40,853 bases of DNA, from NCBI GenBank assembly GCA_033762915.1, contig JANRLD010000074.1, positions 1 to 40,853 of the forward strand. The letters are read 5' to 3'. The position numbers were made by a program, and so were the translations under genes. The stretch comes from Meiothermus sp. Its GTDB lineage: Bacteria > Deinococcota > Deinococci > Deinococcales > Thermaceae. The stretch's first letter is position 1; the number at the start of each line of letters is the position of its first letter. The notes below the pieces were generated by a model. That model made no database searches, was not told the origin of the DNA, and worked only from the letters and a program-made list of their open reading frames with translations. Positions 1 through 8,623 of the stretch are shown here, piece after piece.

Positions 1-789
1 CAGGTCGGCGGCGTTCTTGGTGATAAGGCTGCCGGTGGTGGTCTCGCCCGTGAAGGAAATCAACGGGATGTCGGGGTGCCGCACCACCGCGTCGCCCGCC
101 TCCTCCCCAAAGCCCTGCACCACATTGAACACCCCTGGCGGCAAGTCGGCTTCTTGCATGATTTCGGCCAGCTTCCAAGCAGTCAGCGGCGACCACTCGG
201 CGGGCTTAAGCACCACCGTATTGCCCATCGCCAGCGCGGGCGCAATCCGCCAGGTCGAGAGCATCATCGGGGCGTTCCAGGGGGTGATGATGCCACAGAC
301 TCCCACCGGAACCCGCACGCTGTAGTTGAGCCACTCGCCGTCCACGGGGTAGCTGCGCCCGTCCATCGAGCGCTCGGCGTACTCGGCGTAAAAGCTAAAG
401 TTTTCCGCCGCCCGCGCCACCTGCGCCCGCACAATCCGCAGCGCTTGCCCCGCGTCCAAACACTCCATCACTGCCAACTCATCGCCGTGCTTCTCGAGCA
501 CCTCCGAAATCTTAAGCAGGTACTTCTTGCGGGCCTTGGCGTTGAGCTTCCACTTGCCAAACGCGGCTTTGGCAGCCTTGGCGGCTTTTTCCACGTCCTC
601 GGCATGGCCTTTATAGGCTTTGGCAAGAAGCTGATTGGTGGAGGGCTCGAGGCTGTCGAAGAGTTCACCTCTGGTCCCCGCCACATACTCCCCGTTGATA
701 AAGTGCTTGACCGTATTGGCCGCGATTTTCTGTCGCACATGAGCGATGAACTCTGGGCTTATGGCCTGTGTTTTTTCGGCGACTTTCAC
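1..789 (-). CDS. hpaE: 5-carboxymethyl-2-hydroxymuconate semialdehyde dehydrogenase (aldehyde dehydrogenase family); 3' end lies outside the window
   Basis: Missing from the ORF track because it is open at the window edge. Manual translation from GTG at 789 gives MKVAEKTQAISPEF...VKHFINGEYV...FDSLEPSTNQ...VGVCGIITPWNAPMMLSTWRIAPALAMGNTVVLKPAEWSPLTA...ISFTGETTTG, all ALDH motifs. GGAGG RBS, TAGTG overlap with the upstream gene, hpa context. Confidence 0.88.
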   Translation of the reverse strand, partial: MKVAEKTQAISPEFIAHVRQKIAANTVKHFINGEYVAGTRGELFDSLEPSTNQLLAKAYKGHAEDVEKAAKAAKAAFGKWKLNAKARKKYLLKISEVLEKHGDELAVMECLDAGQALRIVRAQVARAAENFSFYAEYAERSMDGRSYPVDGEWLNYSVRVPVGVCGIITPWNAPMMLSTWRIAPALAMGNTVVLKPAEWSPLTAWKLAEIMQEADLPPGVFNVVQGFGEEAGDAVVRHPDIPLISFTGETTTGSLITKNAADL

Positions 790-1214
790 TACTTTACCTC
801 CAGTGGGTAAAACCACTCGAGCTTCCCCGTATCACACCAAGCCAGATAAACCTTCTCGCCCTCTCCCCAGAGGATGGCGTGTTGCCCGTACTTACGGCCT
901 AGCTTCAGTGCCTTTTCCAACTCCAAATCAAACACCGCAAAGCCTTCTTCCACCCAAGTTCCGTCGGGGCTTTCGCCTATGGAGAAGGTGTACTCGAGGC
1001 TGTCTGACATTAGGTCTTGCTCGAGGGCTTTATTGCGTTGCCGATTTTCTTTCTCAGGGAGCGGTTCGCTTTGCGGATTGTGAGCGGTGATGATGGCAAA
1101 CTTGCGCCCCTCAAAGAGCACAACTCCCGTGGGTTGCTCAGTCAACACAAAAGCTATTCCATCCGCCTTGTAAATCGCGGAATGGTAGAGAGCGGCAACG
1201 GTTTCTGCGCTCAT
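789..1214 (-). CDS. DUF3293-like protein
   Basis: Motifs AIITAHNPQS...EN...N..L, W.EEGF.V and A..LGRKYGQ.AI. Start moved to the ATG at 1214 (MSAETV), which overlaps the hpaG stop as ATGA. Confidence 0.75.
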   Translation of the reverse strand: MSAETVAALYHSAIYKADGIAFVLTEQPTGVVLFEGRKFAIITAHNPQSEPLPEKENRQRNKALEQDLMSDSLEYTFSIGESPDGTWVEEGFAVFDLELEKALKLGRKYGQHAILWGEGEKVYLAWCDTGKLEWFYPLEVK

Positions 1215-2005
1215 AAAACCAGATTTCTGTCGCCTTCTTCGCTTATTAGTGGCTCGGCTTCCTCGGTTTCCCACTCGATGTTGTTCTCGAGCGCACCCAA
1301 CCCGTCAATCTCCATTCGCATCACGTCGCCCGGATACACCTGAGAGATGCCCTTGGGGGTTCCGGTCATGATTACGTCGTTTTGCTCGAGGGTCATGAAC
1401 CTCGAGATGAACTCGAGCACCTCGGGGATGGAGAAAATCATGCCGTCGGTGGTGGTTTCCTGGCGCAGTTCGCCGTTTACGTAGGCCCGCATTTTGACAT
1501 TGTGGGGGTCGAGGATTTCGTCGGCGGTCACGTAATACGGCCCCAGCGGCCCGAAGGTGTCCCAGCCCTTGCCTCGGATGGGCGGGCGGAAGGTGTTGGA
1601 CACATAGTCGCGCACCACCAGGTCGTTGGCGATGGTGTAGCCGCCCACATAGTCCATCGCGTCTTTGGCCTTGACCCGTCGTGCGTTGCGCCCCACAATC
1701 ACCGCCAGCTCGCATTCAAAGTGCATGAACTTTGCGCCCTGCGGGTAAATCACTGTGCCCATGTGCGGCAGCAGAGTTGTGTTGGGCTTCCAGAACAGCG
1801 CAGGCTCCTTGGGCCGCTTGAGGCCGAACTCATCGGCGTGCTCGGCGAAGTTCAGCGCCAGCGCAATAACTTTTCCGGGCTGCACCGGTAACTGCCACTG
1901 CACCTGCTCGGGGTCGTGAGCCTCGCCGGCGTAGTCCACCAGCACCCCACCCTCGAGGTGCCCGTGCAGTGCTCGTCCTTTGGAAAGGAAGCGGGCGAGT
2001 TTCAT
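1211..2005 (-). CDS. hpaG: Fumarylacetoacetate hydrolase family isomerase/decarboxylase (HpaG/HpcE type)
   Basis: GKVIALALNFAEH, FECELAVIVG, GYTIANDL, RGKGWDTFGPLGP, DVIMTGTPKG; hpa context. Confidence 0.88.
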   Translation of the reverse strand: MKLARFLSKGRALHGHLEGGVLVDYAGEAHDPEQVQWQLPVQPGKVIALALNFAEHADEFGLKRPKEPALFWKPNTTLLPHMGTVIYPQGAKFMHFECELAVIVGRNARRVKAKDAMDYVGGYTIANDLVVRDYVSNTFRPPIRGKGWDTFGPLGPYYVTADEILDPHNVKMRAYVNGELRQETTTDGMIFSIPEVLEFISRFMTLEQNDVIMTGTPKGISQVYPGDVMRMEIDGLGALENNIEWETEEAEPLISEEGDRNLVL

Positions 2006-2007
2006 TT

Positions 2008-2103
2008 ATCCCCCAGCCCTTCGGGTAGCCCCCGTGTTAAGGGTGCCAAAAAAAACACAACTCCTATCTCGTTGCCCCCCTTAACAATGGGGGTAGGGGG
2101 GAT
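2008..2103. repeat. Imperfect palindromic intergenic element (REP/MITE-like)
   Basis: Ends ATCCCCC...GGGGGAT; inner arms CCCCGTGTTAAGGG and CCCCCCTTAACAATGGGG are near reverse complements around an A-rich loop. Confidence 0.55.
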
Positions 2104-2107
2104 CGCC

Positions 2108-3052
2108 CTACACATACTGCTTCCCTGTCGGGTCGGGCAGCATTTCGCGGCCTTCACGAACTTCGCTCGAGATCAGCCCATAACTCTCGGCCATCCGGCG
2201 CAGCCGGGCCTCGAGGTCAGCCGAGCCTGGCCCCAGTGGCTCGCGCCACTCCTTCTGGCACAGGCCCATCCAGCTGAGGACGGTCTTGAGGGGGATGGGG
2301 TTGGTATCCCAGAAGATCGCGTCGTTGGCCTCGAGGCCGTGGTAGTGCAACTCGAGGGCTTCCTTGAACTTGCCGTCCAGGGTTAACTGGCACATCTGGG
2401 CGGTCTCGCGGGGGAGCCAGTTGGCAGTCGCGGCGATGGTCCCGACCGCGCCCACGCACATCATCGGGAAGGTTAGGGCCTCTAGTCCGCAATACACCAG
2501 AAAGTCGCGGCCCACTTTACGCAGCAACTCAGAAACGTATTCAACGTCCTTGCTCGAGTGCTTGATGCCCACCACATTCGCGAAGTCGCGGCGGAGCCGG
2601 GCCACGGTGTCGATCTTGATTTCGATGCCCGAGCGTCCGGGGATGTTGTAGAGGATAACTGGCATCTCGGGGACGGCCGCAGCGGTCTGGCCGAAAAAGC
2701 GGTACAGCCCCTCCTGATTGGGCTTGATGTAGTACGGGGTGATGACCAGCGCCCCCTGTGCGCCCATTTTGTAGGCGGCGCGGGTGATCTCGAGGGTCTC
2801 GTCGAGGCGTAGGGTGCCCGTCCCCGCCATCAGCGCTACGCGTCCCTTGATGATCTTGAGCGCTAACTCGATAAGGTATTTGCGCTCTTCCACGCCCATG
2901 GTGCCTGGCTCCCCGGTGGTTCCGCCTACGCTCAAGGCGTGTGAGCCCGCGTCAATCTGCCGCTCGATGAGCTGCTCCATCGCGGCTTCGTCTATCGCAC
3001 CGTTTTTGAACGGTGTCACCAGGGGTACGACACTGCCTTTGAACTCGACCAT
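2108..3052 (-). CDS. hpaI: DapA-family 2,4-dihydroxyhept-2-ene-1,7-dioate aldolase (HpaI, DapA-like form)
   Basis: GTTGE, LYNIPGRS and GIKHS (Schiff-base Lys); first gene of the hpa operon. Confidence 0.8.
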   Translation of the reverse strand: MVEFKGSVVPLVTPFKNGAIDEAAMEQLIERQIDAGSHALSVGGTTGEPGTMGVEERKYLIELALKIIKGRVALMAGTGTLRLDETLEITRAAYKMGAQGALVITPYYIKPNQEGLYRFFGQTAAAVPEMPVILYNIPGRSGIEIKIDTVARLRRDFANVVGIKHSSKDVEYVSELLRKVGRDFLVYCGLEALTFPMMCVGAVGTIAATANWLPRETAQMCQLTLDGKFKEALELHYHGLEANDAIFWDTNPIPLKTVLSWMGLCQKEWREPLGPGSADLEARLRRMAESYGLISSEVREGREMLPDPTGKQYV

Positions 3053-3094
3053 GAGGCTCCTCTGTAGGCTGTGCTGTTTACAAACCGCCCGAGA

Positions 3095-3112
3095 TAGTTA
3101 ATATGTTAAGTA
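3095..3112. promoter_or_regulatory. Candidate HpaR operator
   Basis: AT-rich inverted repeat TAGTTAA-tatg-TTAAGTA (one mismatch, 4-bp spacer) between divergent hpaI and hpaR. Confidence 0.6.
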
Positions 3113-3165
3113 AAACTATAGCATACATTTTGTGTTTGGTTACATTTGTCCCCTCGAGGCTCATC

Positions 3166-3648
3166 ATGGCTGCATCCCCTCCCAAATACCACCTCCTGCG
3201 AGACCTCACCCACTCCCTCCCGATGTCGCTGTTGCGGACACGAGAGGCAGTGGTGCAGCGCTTCCGCGAAGTCTTGTCGCAACACGACCTGACCGAGCAG
3301 CAGTGGCGGGTGTTGCGGGCCCTGGACGGCCAGGACCCCCTCGAGACCAGTCTCCTGGCCGAGCAATGTCAGATTCTGCTACCCAGCATACTGGGCATCG
3401 TGAAGCGGCTCGAGGCCCGCGATTTGCTGAGTCGTAGGGTTAGCGCCAAAGACGGACGGATCACGCTGGTGAGCCTAACCCCCGGCTCGAGGGTTATGAT
3501 CGACCGAATCAAGCCCGAGATAGTCGAGGTCTACGCCCAGATAGAGGGCATTTTGGGCAGGGTAAAACTCGAGCAGTTGTATGGACTGCTCGAGGAGTTG
3601 GAAGACGGGCTGCGGACCTCCACAGACCCCGGGAATTCCGTCCCTTGA
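3166..3648 (+). CDS. hpaR: MarR-family homoprotocatechuate operon repressor HpaR
   Basis: SLPMSLLRTREAVVQRFR..L..HDLTEQQWRVLRAL and ILLPSILGIVKRLE match HpaR; divergent from the hpa genes. Start at ATG 3166 preferred because 3103 lies inside the candidate operator. Confidence 0.85.
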   Translation: MAASPPKYHLLRDLTHSLPMSLLRTREAVVQRFREVLSQHDLTEQQWRVLRALDGQDPLETSLLAEQCQILLPSILGIVKRLEARDLLSRRVSAKDGRITLVSLTPGSRVMIDRIKPEIVEVYAQIEGILGRVKLEQLYGLLEELEDGLRTSTDPGNSVP

Positions 3649-3725
3649 TGACCGAATTCCTGGTGCCAGAGCGTTATTGCGGTCTTGCTTCGCAGATTTG
3701 ACCAGGCACATCTTAAATCAACGTT

Positions 3726-4772
3726 CTACACCTTGACCCAGACATTTGAGTCCGCGCTCGAGACTGCCGCATCGATGGTTTTTTGGGTGGCCAAACCATC
3801 CTCGAGGGTGGGGTACTCCGCCTCCTGGCCAGCAATGGCCCGCATGAACTCTTGGGCCAGCTCGACAAACTGAAAGTGACCCCACGACCATCCGGGGTCG
3901 CGGGTGCCGAGCAAGTCTGGGTCGGGAGAGACGGGCGTGTAGTCGCCACCGGGTCGGTCGCACATCCACAGTTGGGCATCCCCACCCACCCCCCATAGGG
4001 CGGGCCGAACCTTGAGTGCACCTTTACGGCCCTGCACCTCGAGCTGCAACACCTGTGTCCCGCCGATGTGAACCCTCGAGAGCGAGAACATCCCGGTCGC
4101 ACTGCCCAGCTGGGCCAGTACCGCGCCTTCGTCGTAGTTGGTGACCGGGTCGGGGCGCTGAAAGTGGATGCGGGCTTGGCTCATAACAGCGGTGAACTCG
4201 AGTCCCGTCACCATCCGTGTCAGGTCGAAGAGGTGCGCCCCAAGGTCTGCAACAGCACCACCTGCGCCCCCAATTTCGGCCTTCGCCCGCCAGGTGGTTT
4301 CCCCCGCCGGGTCGCCCATGAAGCCACCGTGGAAAAAACCTCTCACATACAAGACTTCCCCGATCTCACCAGCCAGAACCTTTCGGCGGGCAGTTTGGGC
4401 TGCGAGGTCGCCCCTCGAGGTGAAGGAGGTCAGGCCTGTCAGACCTCTGGCCTTGGCTGCGTCCACGATGGCTTGTCCCTCAGCCGCCGTGCGGGCCAGG
4501 GGCTTGTCCATAAAGAGGTGCTTGCCCGCCTCGAGGGCTTGAATGCCCAGAGGGGCGTGGGTGTCGTCGGTGGTAGAGATGGCTACCGCATCGCAGTTCT
4601 CGAGCAGTTCTTGATAGCTCAAGAAGGCTCTCGTACCGCACTCAGCAGCCAGTTGTTGGGAGCGCCCCAAGGTACGGCTGTAGATGCCCGCGATCTGTGC
4701 TCCTGCGTCCCTAAAGGCGGGAATATGGGCAAACCCCGCCCACCATCCTGCTCCAACGATTCCGATTTTCAT
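3726..4772 (-). CDS. Gfo/Idh/MocA family NAD(P)-dependent oxidoreductase
   Basis: KIGIVGAGWWA Rossmann motif, GKHLFMDKPLA, GGAVADLGAHLFD. Confidence 0.9.
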   Translation of the reverse strand: MKIGIVGAGWWAGFAHIPAFRDAGAQIAGIYSRTLGRSQQLAAECGTRAFLSYQELLENCDAVAISTTDDTHAPLGIQALEAGKHLFMDKPLARTAAEGQAIVDAAKARGLTGLTSFTSRGDLAAQTARRKVLAGEIGEVLYVRGFFHGGFMGDPAGETTWRAKAEIGGAGGAVADLGAHLFDLTRMVTGLEFTAVMSQARIHFQRPDPVTNYDEGAVLAQLGSATGMFSLSRVHIGGTQVLQLEVQGRKGALKVRPALWGVGGDAQLWMCDRPGGDYTPVSPDPDLLGTRDPGWSWGHFQFVELAQEFMRAIAGQEAEYPTLEDGLATQKTIDAAVSSADSNVWVKV

Positions 4773-4790
4773 GTCGAGACAATAGCATTA

Positions 4791-4902
4791 GAGTGGTTCC
4801 CACGCATACTCCCTACGGCGCTAAAGCGGGCGGTATTGGCTGTAGGGAGTACGTTGTTTGCCACCGCGAGGGGTGGAAATGGTGGGAAATGCAATAGGTG
4901 AC
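4791..4902. repeat. Dispersed structured repeat, copy 1 (GTAG-REP-like inverted pair)
   Basis: TACTCCCTACGGC pairs with GCTGTAGGGAGTA. Shares CCACGCATACTCCCTAC and GAAATGGTGGGAA exactly with 31148-31358. Confidence 0.7.
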
Positions 4903-5052
4903 GAGGCTCGAGAGCCGACAGCCAATGGGCGCGGTGTAAAGACAAGGGGTTCCTCGTCCCTACCACCCACCAAGCTAAACAACGGTGACCCGAAGGGACG
5001 CAGGGTTGTGCCTCCGATCAATCTGATCAATCGGTCAACCTACAAGGTCAAT

Positions 5053-6399
5053 CTACACAAACTTGGCCACGAAAGTCGGCTCAAGAAGGTACGGGAAAAA
5101 GGCCCCCGCTAGGTTCGAAAGCGGCAATACGTCCTCGCCGATCGAATAGCCGAGCTGTTCCATCAGGTCGCGCCGCCGGTCTATTCGGCCCATCATCTGG
5201 GGGTCCAGTCGACGGAGTCGCTCGCGCAGTTCGCCGTCGGCCAGCACAAACCCGTCCTCCATGTTGATGACCGCGTTGCCTCGAGCGGGAATCGGGATGA
5301 TGTCTTGTTGAATCGCCATGCCCGAGCGGAGGGGAATGCTCGAGCCCGCCTCGAACGGACTGCTCAACCACTCGTCCCAGCCGATAAGGTGACCGGGATT
5401 AAGGGCGACAGTCCAGTCATCACTCTTGGCAGACGCGACGGCCTCCACCGCCCTTCGGGCCGGAGTCCCGACACCAATCTGGGCGTACCAGGCCCGAACT
5501 GCCTGCAGGTAGTTCTCTACGATCCCCAGGTACCCATCCGAATCCTCGAGGTACTCCGATCCCACCAGCCTACCGGCGCGGCAGGTCAGGCTGCCGACGG
5601 TCCCGAATGCACTCTGTGCGTAGAACCCGCGTTCGGCCCGGTCGTTGCGGGCGTTGCCCAGTCCGCTGGGGATATCGGCCCCGAAGTTGACCATCGGGTG
5701 ACAGGATAGCTCGAGGCCGAACGAGCGCAGATGCAACGCCGCTTCCCGCTCGGATATGCCCTCGCGCAGCCCAAAAACCCAATCCTTGATGCCCTGGCTG
5801 GTCAGGCCGCTGGCGTACTCGGCGAAGCGGATTTGCTCGGGCTCGAGGGCCGTCCGCAGTCCGTCGGCCGGGCTCATCAGCAGCCCTGCGGCGTTGATCG
5901 GCTCGAGTCCCGTCAACTTTTCGAAGGCCCGTACCACCCAGTGCGGCGCATCAAGCTCGTCCATCGGCTTCCAGCCGATCAGGCCAACCTTCATCCCCTT
6001 GCCCAGGCCCGCTTTTTGTAGCAGCGCCATCAGGTCGGTGCTGCGGCTGCGGTCTTGGTTGGGCAGGCTGAAGTGCTGGTACAGTTCGAACTCGGCCTCG
6101 AGCTTGCAGACCCACCGGGCAAAACTCAGGCACTCGTTGCCGGCCAGCATAAACGGTGTGCGACCCGCCACCTGCACCCAAAGCGCCTCCTCGAAGCGCG
6201 GGGTGAAGTCGGTCAGCCAGCCCAGGTTGGCGGCGTGCTCGCGGTCGGCATAGATGGCGATGCAGTCGAGTCCGGCCGACTGCTGGGCTTGGCTGAGTTT
6301 GCGCTGGCGCTCCAGGAAGACGGCTTGGGGGATTTCCGGCACGCTTTCTGGAAGCTCGATCTCGGGCAGTCTGAAGGGCTCGTACGACACCTGCGCCAC
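5053..6399 (-). CDS. M24/creatinase-fold (Xaa-Pro aminopeptidase-like) protein with atypical active site
   Basis: IYADREH..NL.WLT.F.PRFEEAL N-domain; C-terminal LNPGHLIG.DEW, LRSGMAIQQDIIP, NMEDG. GTG start with AAGGAG RBS. Confidence 0.7.
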   Translation of the reverse strand: MAQVSYEPFRLPEIELPESVPEIPQAVFLERQRKLSQAQQSAGLDCIAIYADREHAANLGWLTDFTPRFEEALWVQVAGRTPFMLAGNECLSFARWVCKLEAEFELYQHFSLPNQDRSRSTDLMALLQKAGLGKGMKVGLIGWKPMDELDAPHWVVRAFEKLTGLEPINAAGLLMSPADGLRTALEPEQIRFAEYASGLTSQGIKDWVFGLREGISEREAALHLRSFGLELSCHPMVNFGADIPSGLGNARNDRAERGFYAQSAFGTVGSLTCRAGRLVGSEYLEDSDGYLGIVENYLQAVRAWYAQIGVGTPARRAVEAVASAKSDDWTVALNPGHLIGWDEWLSSPFEAGSSIPLRSGMAIQQDIIPIPARGNAVINMEDGFVLADGELRERLRRLDPQMMGRIDRRRDLMEQLGYSIGEDVLPLSNLAGAFFPYLLEPTFVAKFV

Positions 6400-6487
6400 G
6401 GTTTTACCAACTCCTTCCCCAAACCAAAGGCCAGCCGCATGGGACTGGCCCTAGTAACCCAACCAATACTGTCTCTCGACCCCTGCC

Positions 6488-7234
6488 TCAGCTACTCAAG
6501 TGCTTCGGCATCACCCCGCCGATGATCATCCCCAGAACGTCGTCATGGGACACTTCGGAAGTCTTGACAGTGCCAACCACCTTGCCGTTCTTCATCACGG
6601 TCAGGCGGTCGGCCAGGTCGAACACGTCGTGCAGGTCGTGGGAAATCAGGAAGATTCCCACCCCTTCAGCCTTGAGGGCCTTGACCAACTCGCCCACCTT
6701 GGCAGTCTCCTCTGGCCCCAGCGCCGCGGTCGGCTCGTCCATGATTAGGCACTTGGCCTTGAAGTAGATTGCACGCCCAATCGCCACGGTCTGACGCTGG
6801 CCGCCCGACATGTTTTGTACCGGCACGCGAAGGCTAGGGATCTTTACGCGCAGCCTGTCCAAGACCTTGCGCGCCTCGAGCTCCATCACGTCCTCGTCGA
6901 GCACCACCCCATTAACCTTCTCGCGGCCCAGGAAGACGTTGGCCACCGCGTCGAGGTTGTCGGCCAGGGCCAGAGTCTGGTAGATGGTCTCGATCCCGTG
7001 TTTCTGCGAGTCTTGGGGGCTGCGAATCTGCACCTCACTGCCCTCGACCCGGATGTTCCCCGCATCGGCCTTGTAGGCCCCGGAGAGCACCTTAATCAGG
7101 GTGGATTTGCCAGCCCCGTTGTGCCCCAGCAGCCCCACCACCTCGCCGGGGAACAGATTCACGCTCACGTCGTCCAGCGCCTGGTTCCCCCCGAAGCGCA
7201 GGCTGATGTTGTTCATTTCGACTAACGGTGTCAT
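6488..7234 (-). CDS. Monosaccharide ABC transporter ATP-binding protein (single NBD, XylG-like)
   Basis: Walker [10 protein letters not shown], signature MSGGQRQ, Walker B IMDEPT. Start at ATG 7234 (MTPLVE) behind GGAGG. Confidence 0.92.
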   Translation of the reverse strand: MTPLVEMNNISLRFGGNQALDDVSVNLFPGEVVGLLGHNGAGKSTLIKVLSGAYKADAGNIRVEGSEVQIRSPQDSQKHGIETIYQTLALADNLDAVANVFLGREKVNGVVLDEDVMELEARKVLDRLRVKIPSLRVPVQNMSGGQRQTVAIGRAIYFKAKCLIMDEPTAALGPEETAKVGELVKALKAEGVGIFLISHDLHDVFDLADRLTVMKNGKVVGTVKTSEVSHDDVLGMIIGGVMPKHLSS

Positions 7235-7237
7235 GCG

Positions 7238-7294
7238 CCTCCGACCTCCCGTCCCTGACAAAGAGGGCAACAAGGGATAGCGGAAAGTCGGAAG
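7238..7294 (-). promoter_or_regulatory. mRNA hairpin overlapping the RBS of the ABC ATPase
   Basis: On the minus strand CUUCCGACUUUCCG pairs with CGGGAGGUCGGAGG (14 bp, 3 G-U), plus an inner UCCCU/AGGGA stem. Confidence 0.55.
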
Positions 7295-7349
7295 CTGAAA
7301 TCCCAACCCTGGCGATTTCCCTTCCTTTCTTTCCATATCGTTCGCTGCC

Positions 7350-8555
7350 TCACTTTCTGTTCCTCAAGTACACCGTGTTCCAGATCACAGCCGCCAGCAG
7401 CACCGAGCCCAGCACCACGTTCTGCCACTCGGTGGGGACCCCCATCAACACCAGGCCGTTCTGGATGCTGGCCATGAGCAAAGCGCCCAGCGCCGCGCCG
7501 ATGATGGTGCCGCTGCCGCCCGCCAGGGCGGTCCCGCCGATCACGGCCGCGGCGATGACGGAGAGCTCGAGGTCACGCCCAAGGTTGGCCGTTGCCGCAT
7601 TCAGGCGTCCGGCTTGAACTGCAGCTGCCAGGGCGGTAAGGAAGCCCATCAGCATAAAGACATATATGGTGATGCGGCGTACGTTGAGACCTGCCAACAG
7701 GGCCGCGTCGGGGTTACCGCCGATGGCGAAGATGTAGCGACCGAAGCGGGTGGCGCGGGTCATCCAGGCCAGGAAGGCCAGCACCAGCAGCATGATCAGC
7801 ACCGGTACCGGCATACCCCTGGGGACGTCGGTTCCGGGGTAGGGGTAGGAGTTCATCACCACCACGAAGGAAAGCGTCAGAACGACCAGCACCGAGTTGA
7901 CCAGCCACTCGGCCCACATCGGGCGCACCGGAAGGCCGTGCTTCTCGCGGCTGCGGCGTGTCGTGAGGGCTTGGTAGATGACGAAGGCGATGATGACCAG
8001 GCCCACCACCCAGGTAGCTCCAAATCCAATGGAGCCCGAGCCCATCCACCGGATGGGGTCGTCCATGGGGGCGATGGTGCGCCCGCTACTCGCGATGAAG
8101 GTGGTGTTCCTAAAGATGAGCAGGCCTGCGACCGTCACCACGAACGAGGGGATGCCCCAGTAGGCCACCCAGTAGCCATTGAAGGCCCCAATCGCCACCG
8201 CCAGCGCGAAGCCGAGCAGCAGGGCGATGAACCAGGGCCAGTCGGCTCCCAGCCCCACCGGACCCTGCAACAGTGCGATGGTCATGGCGGTGAAGCCCAG
8301 CAGGCTTCCCACGGATAGGTCAATGTGACGCATCACGATGACCAGCACCATCCCGCCCACCATGATGCCCACCACAGCGGTTTGCACTGCGAGGTTCCAG
8401 AGGTTGATCGAGCTGAGAAAAAGACCGTTGGTCAAGATCTGAAAAAGAATCCAGACCACCACCAGCACACCTAGCATCAGAAGTTGCCGGATGTCCAGAC
8501 CAAGGCTCTGGATGCCGGGGCGCTCGTTTTTTGAGTTTCCTATGGATGTCTGCAT
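7350..8555 (-). CDS. Sugar ABC transporter permease (XylH-like)
   Basis: Multiple TM segments, [39 protein letters not shown]. Start at ATG 8555 (MQTSIG). Confidence 0.92.
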   Translation of the reverse strand: MQTSIGNSKNERPGIQSLGLDIRQLLMLGVLVVVWILFQILTNGLFLSSINLWNLAVQTAVVGIMVGGMVLVIVMRHIDLSVGSLLGFTAMTIALLQGPVGLGADWPWFIALLLGFALAVAIGAFNGYWVAYWGIPSFVVTVAGLLIFRNTTFIASSGRTIAPMDDPIRWMGSGSIGFGATWVVGLVIIAFVIYQALTTRRSREKHGLPVRPMWAEWLVNSVLVVLTLSFVVVMNSYPYPGTDVPRGMPVPVLIMLLVLAFLAWMTRATRFGRYIFAIGGNPDAALLAGLNVRRITIYVFMLMGFLTALAAAVQAGRLNAATANLGRDLELSVIAAAVIGGTALAGGSGTIIGAALGALLMASIQNGLVLMGVPTEWQNVVLGSVLLAAVIWNTVYLRNRK

Positions 8556-8574
8556 ACCGGGCCTTTGATAGACC

Positions 8575-8608
8575 AAGGGGTGGATACAGCTCGCTGTATC
8601 CACCCCTT
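8575..8608 (-). terminator. Perfect stem-loop between the binding-protein and permease genes (mRNA stabiliser or partial terminator)
   Basis: AAGGGGTGGATACAGC / GCTGTATCCACCCCTT, a 16-bp perfect inverted repeat 15 nt after the SBP stop; no strong U tract. Confidence 0.7.
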
Positions 8609-8623
8609 CGGTGCTCTTCTAGA

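Noticed and set aside
76..810. 244-aa plus-strand ORF, and the many other long antisense or alternate-frame ORFs (e.g. 4068..4901, 8531..9691, 27551..28591, 30347..31066)
   Set aside because: Shadow ORFs of well-supported genes, expected in high-GC DNA; no recognisable motifs.
2108..3052. Calling this gene (or 9907..10824) dapA for lysine biosynthesis
   Set aside because: Operon context supports HpaI, the second protein lacks the GTTGE/Tyr motifs, and Thermaceae make lysine by the aminoadipate route.
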